From Candidatus Yanofskybacteria bacterium RIFCSPLOWO2_02_FULL_41_13 (GTDB lineage: Bacteria; Patescibacteriota; Minisyncoccia; 2-02-FULL-40-12; GWA2-44-9): 50,049 nt of DNA. Under the pieces are notes generated by a model that was not told the DNA's origin, searched no databases, and saw only the letters and a program-made list of their open reading frames with translations. Positions 49,261 through 50,049 of this stretch are shown piece after piece. Numbering within the stretch: position 1 is the stretch's first letter; the number at the start of each line of letters is the position of its first letter. Position numbers and translations under genes: made by a program. The stretch covers positions 1-50,049 of the forward strand of contig MGKQ01000020.1 of the NCBI GenBank assembly GCA_001795735.1, in the 5' to 3' direction.

Positions 49261-50049
49261 ATGGAAAACTTAGCCTGGGAATCATACGGAAGCTACCTTA
49301 GCGAATCGAATGTCACCTCGTTTATGAAAACCACCGGCATAGAATCGGCAAGCGATTTAATAAAACGATCGACCGAAGATATAGAGTGGTTCTGGGATGC
49401 GGCTATTAAGCATCTTGGGGTAGAATTCTTCGAGCCGTATGACAAAGTTTTAGATAAAAGGGGAGGCATATCCGACTCTAAGTGGTTTCTCGGGGGTAAA
49501 CTCAATATCGTCCATAACTGCCTGGATCGTCACGCTTCCGGTTCTGGAGCCGTGCATACGGCCTTGATTTTTGAGAGTGATGAAGGTTCTGTGCGAAAAA
49601 TATCCTATCAAGACTTGAATCGAATGGTCAATGAAATAGCCTGGGCCTTGAAAGAATCCGGTGTGGGACTAGGCGATAAGGTGGCGCTATGTATGCCTAT
49701 TTCTATTGAAGCAGTTGCCGTAATGCTCGCTACTCTAAAGGTAGGCGCCGTGTCCATGCAGCTTTCTTGCCGAATTTCACCTAATGAATTCTCTGAACAC
49801 ATCAAAGATGCTTCTCCGAAAGTTCTTTTTATGAATGATGGCTATTGCAGAGGGGGAAAGCGATTTGATTGCCATCTGTTGTATGATGAGATAAAGAGCA
49901 GATTTTTGGTTAATAATATTGTGGTGCTTGAACGCTTGTATACCGGTTTGGTTTCGGAAAAGGGATGTGAGTCGTGGCATAGCTTTGTTAACTCTGGATA
50001 CGGCCGCTTTGTCGGGACAAGTTGGATGGATAGCGAAGATCACTCCCTT
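49261..50049 (+). CDS. Acetyl-/acyl-CoA synthetase (AMP-forming), 5' part truncated by the window end; absent from ORF track
   Basis: Open frame MENLAWE...WFWD...WFLGGKLNIVHNCLDRH...ALIFESD...GVGLGDKVALCMP. Confidence 0.85.
   Translation, partial: MENLAWESYGSYLSESNVTSFMKTTGIESASDLIKRSTEDIEWFWDAAIKHLGVEFFEPYDKVLDKRGGISDSKWFLGGKLNIVHNCLDRHASGSGAVHTALIFESDEGSVRKISYQDLNRMVNEIAWALKESGVGLGDKVALCMPISIEAVAVMLATLKVGAVSMQLSCRISPNEFSEHIKDASPKVLFMNDGYCRGGKRFDCHLLYDEIKSRFLVNNIVVLERLYTGLVSEKGCESWHSFVNSGYGRFVGTSWMDSEDHSL

Noticed and set aside
49293-50043. Three minus-strand ORFs at the window end
   Set aside because: Shadow ORFs of the plus-strand acyl-CoA synthetase starting at 49261

Overview
Bacterial window whose gene content and style suggest a Patescibacteria/CPR (Parcubacteria-like) genome (inference). 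About 1-21.5 kb is an accessory island. It holds an inverted-repeat-flanked HTH/HEXXH cassette, a large serine recombinase, a capsid-less terminase and two-methylase module, nucleases, a complete multi-target diversity-generating retroelement (DGR) and an SF2 helicase-nuclease. The DGR has an RT (9641-10693, -), an Avd (+, inverted and overlapping the RT head-to-head) and a template repeat (11097-11219, -). Its three paralogous target genes have 120-bp variable repeats that differ from the TR at 7, 17 and 12 positions, 35 of 36 at TR adenines. The targets are interleaved in one apparent operon with a MoxR-type AAA+ ATPase and a vWA/HEXXH-like protein. About 21.7-36 kb is mostly core (upp, dnaG, rpoD, tdk, DEAD-box helicase, obg) plus an unexpected Omp85-barrel/GWxTD cluster. 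tRNA-Asn(GUU) at 36064-36388 is split inside its anticodon by a 250-nt group I intron, and is followed by a decayed integrated element, modular secreted proteins and a partial acyl-CoA synthetase at the window end. All comparisons were made by eye; no database searches were run.
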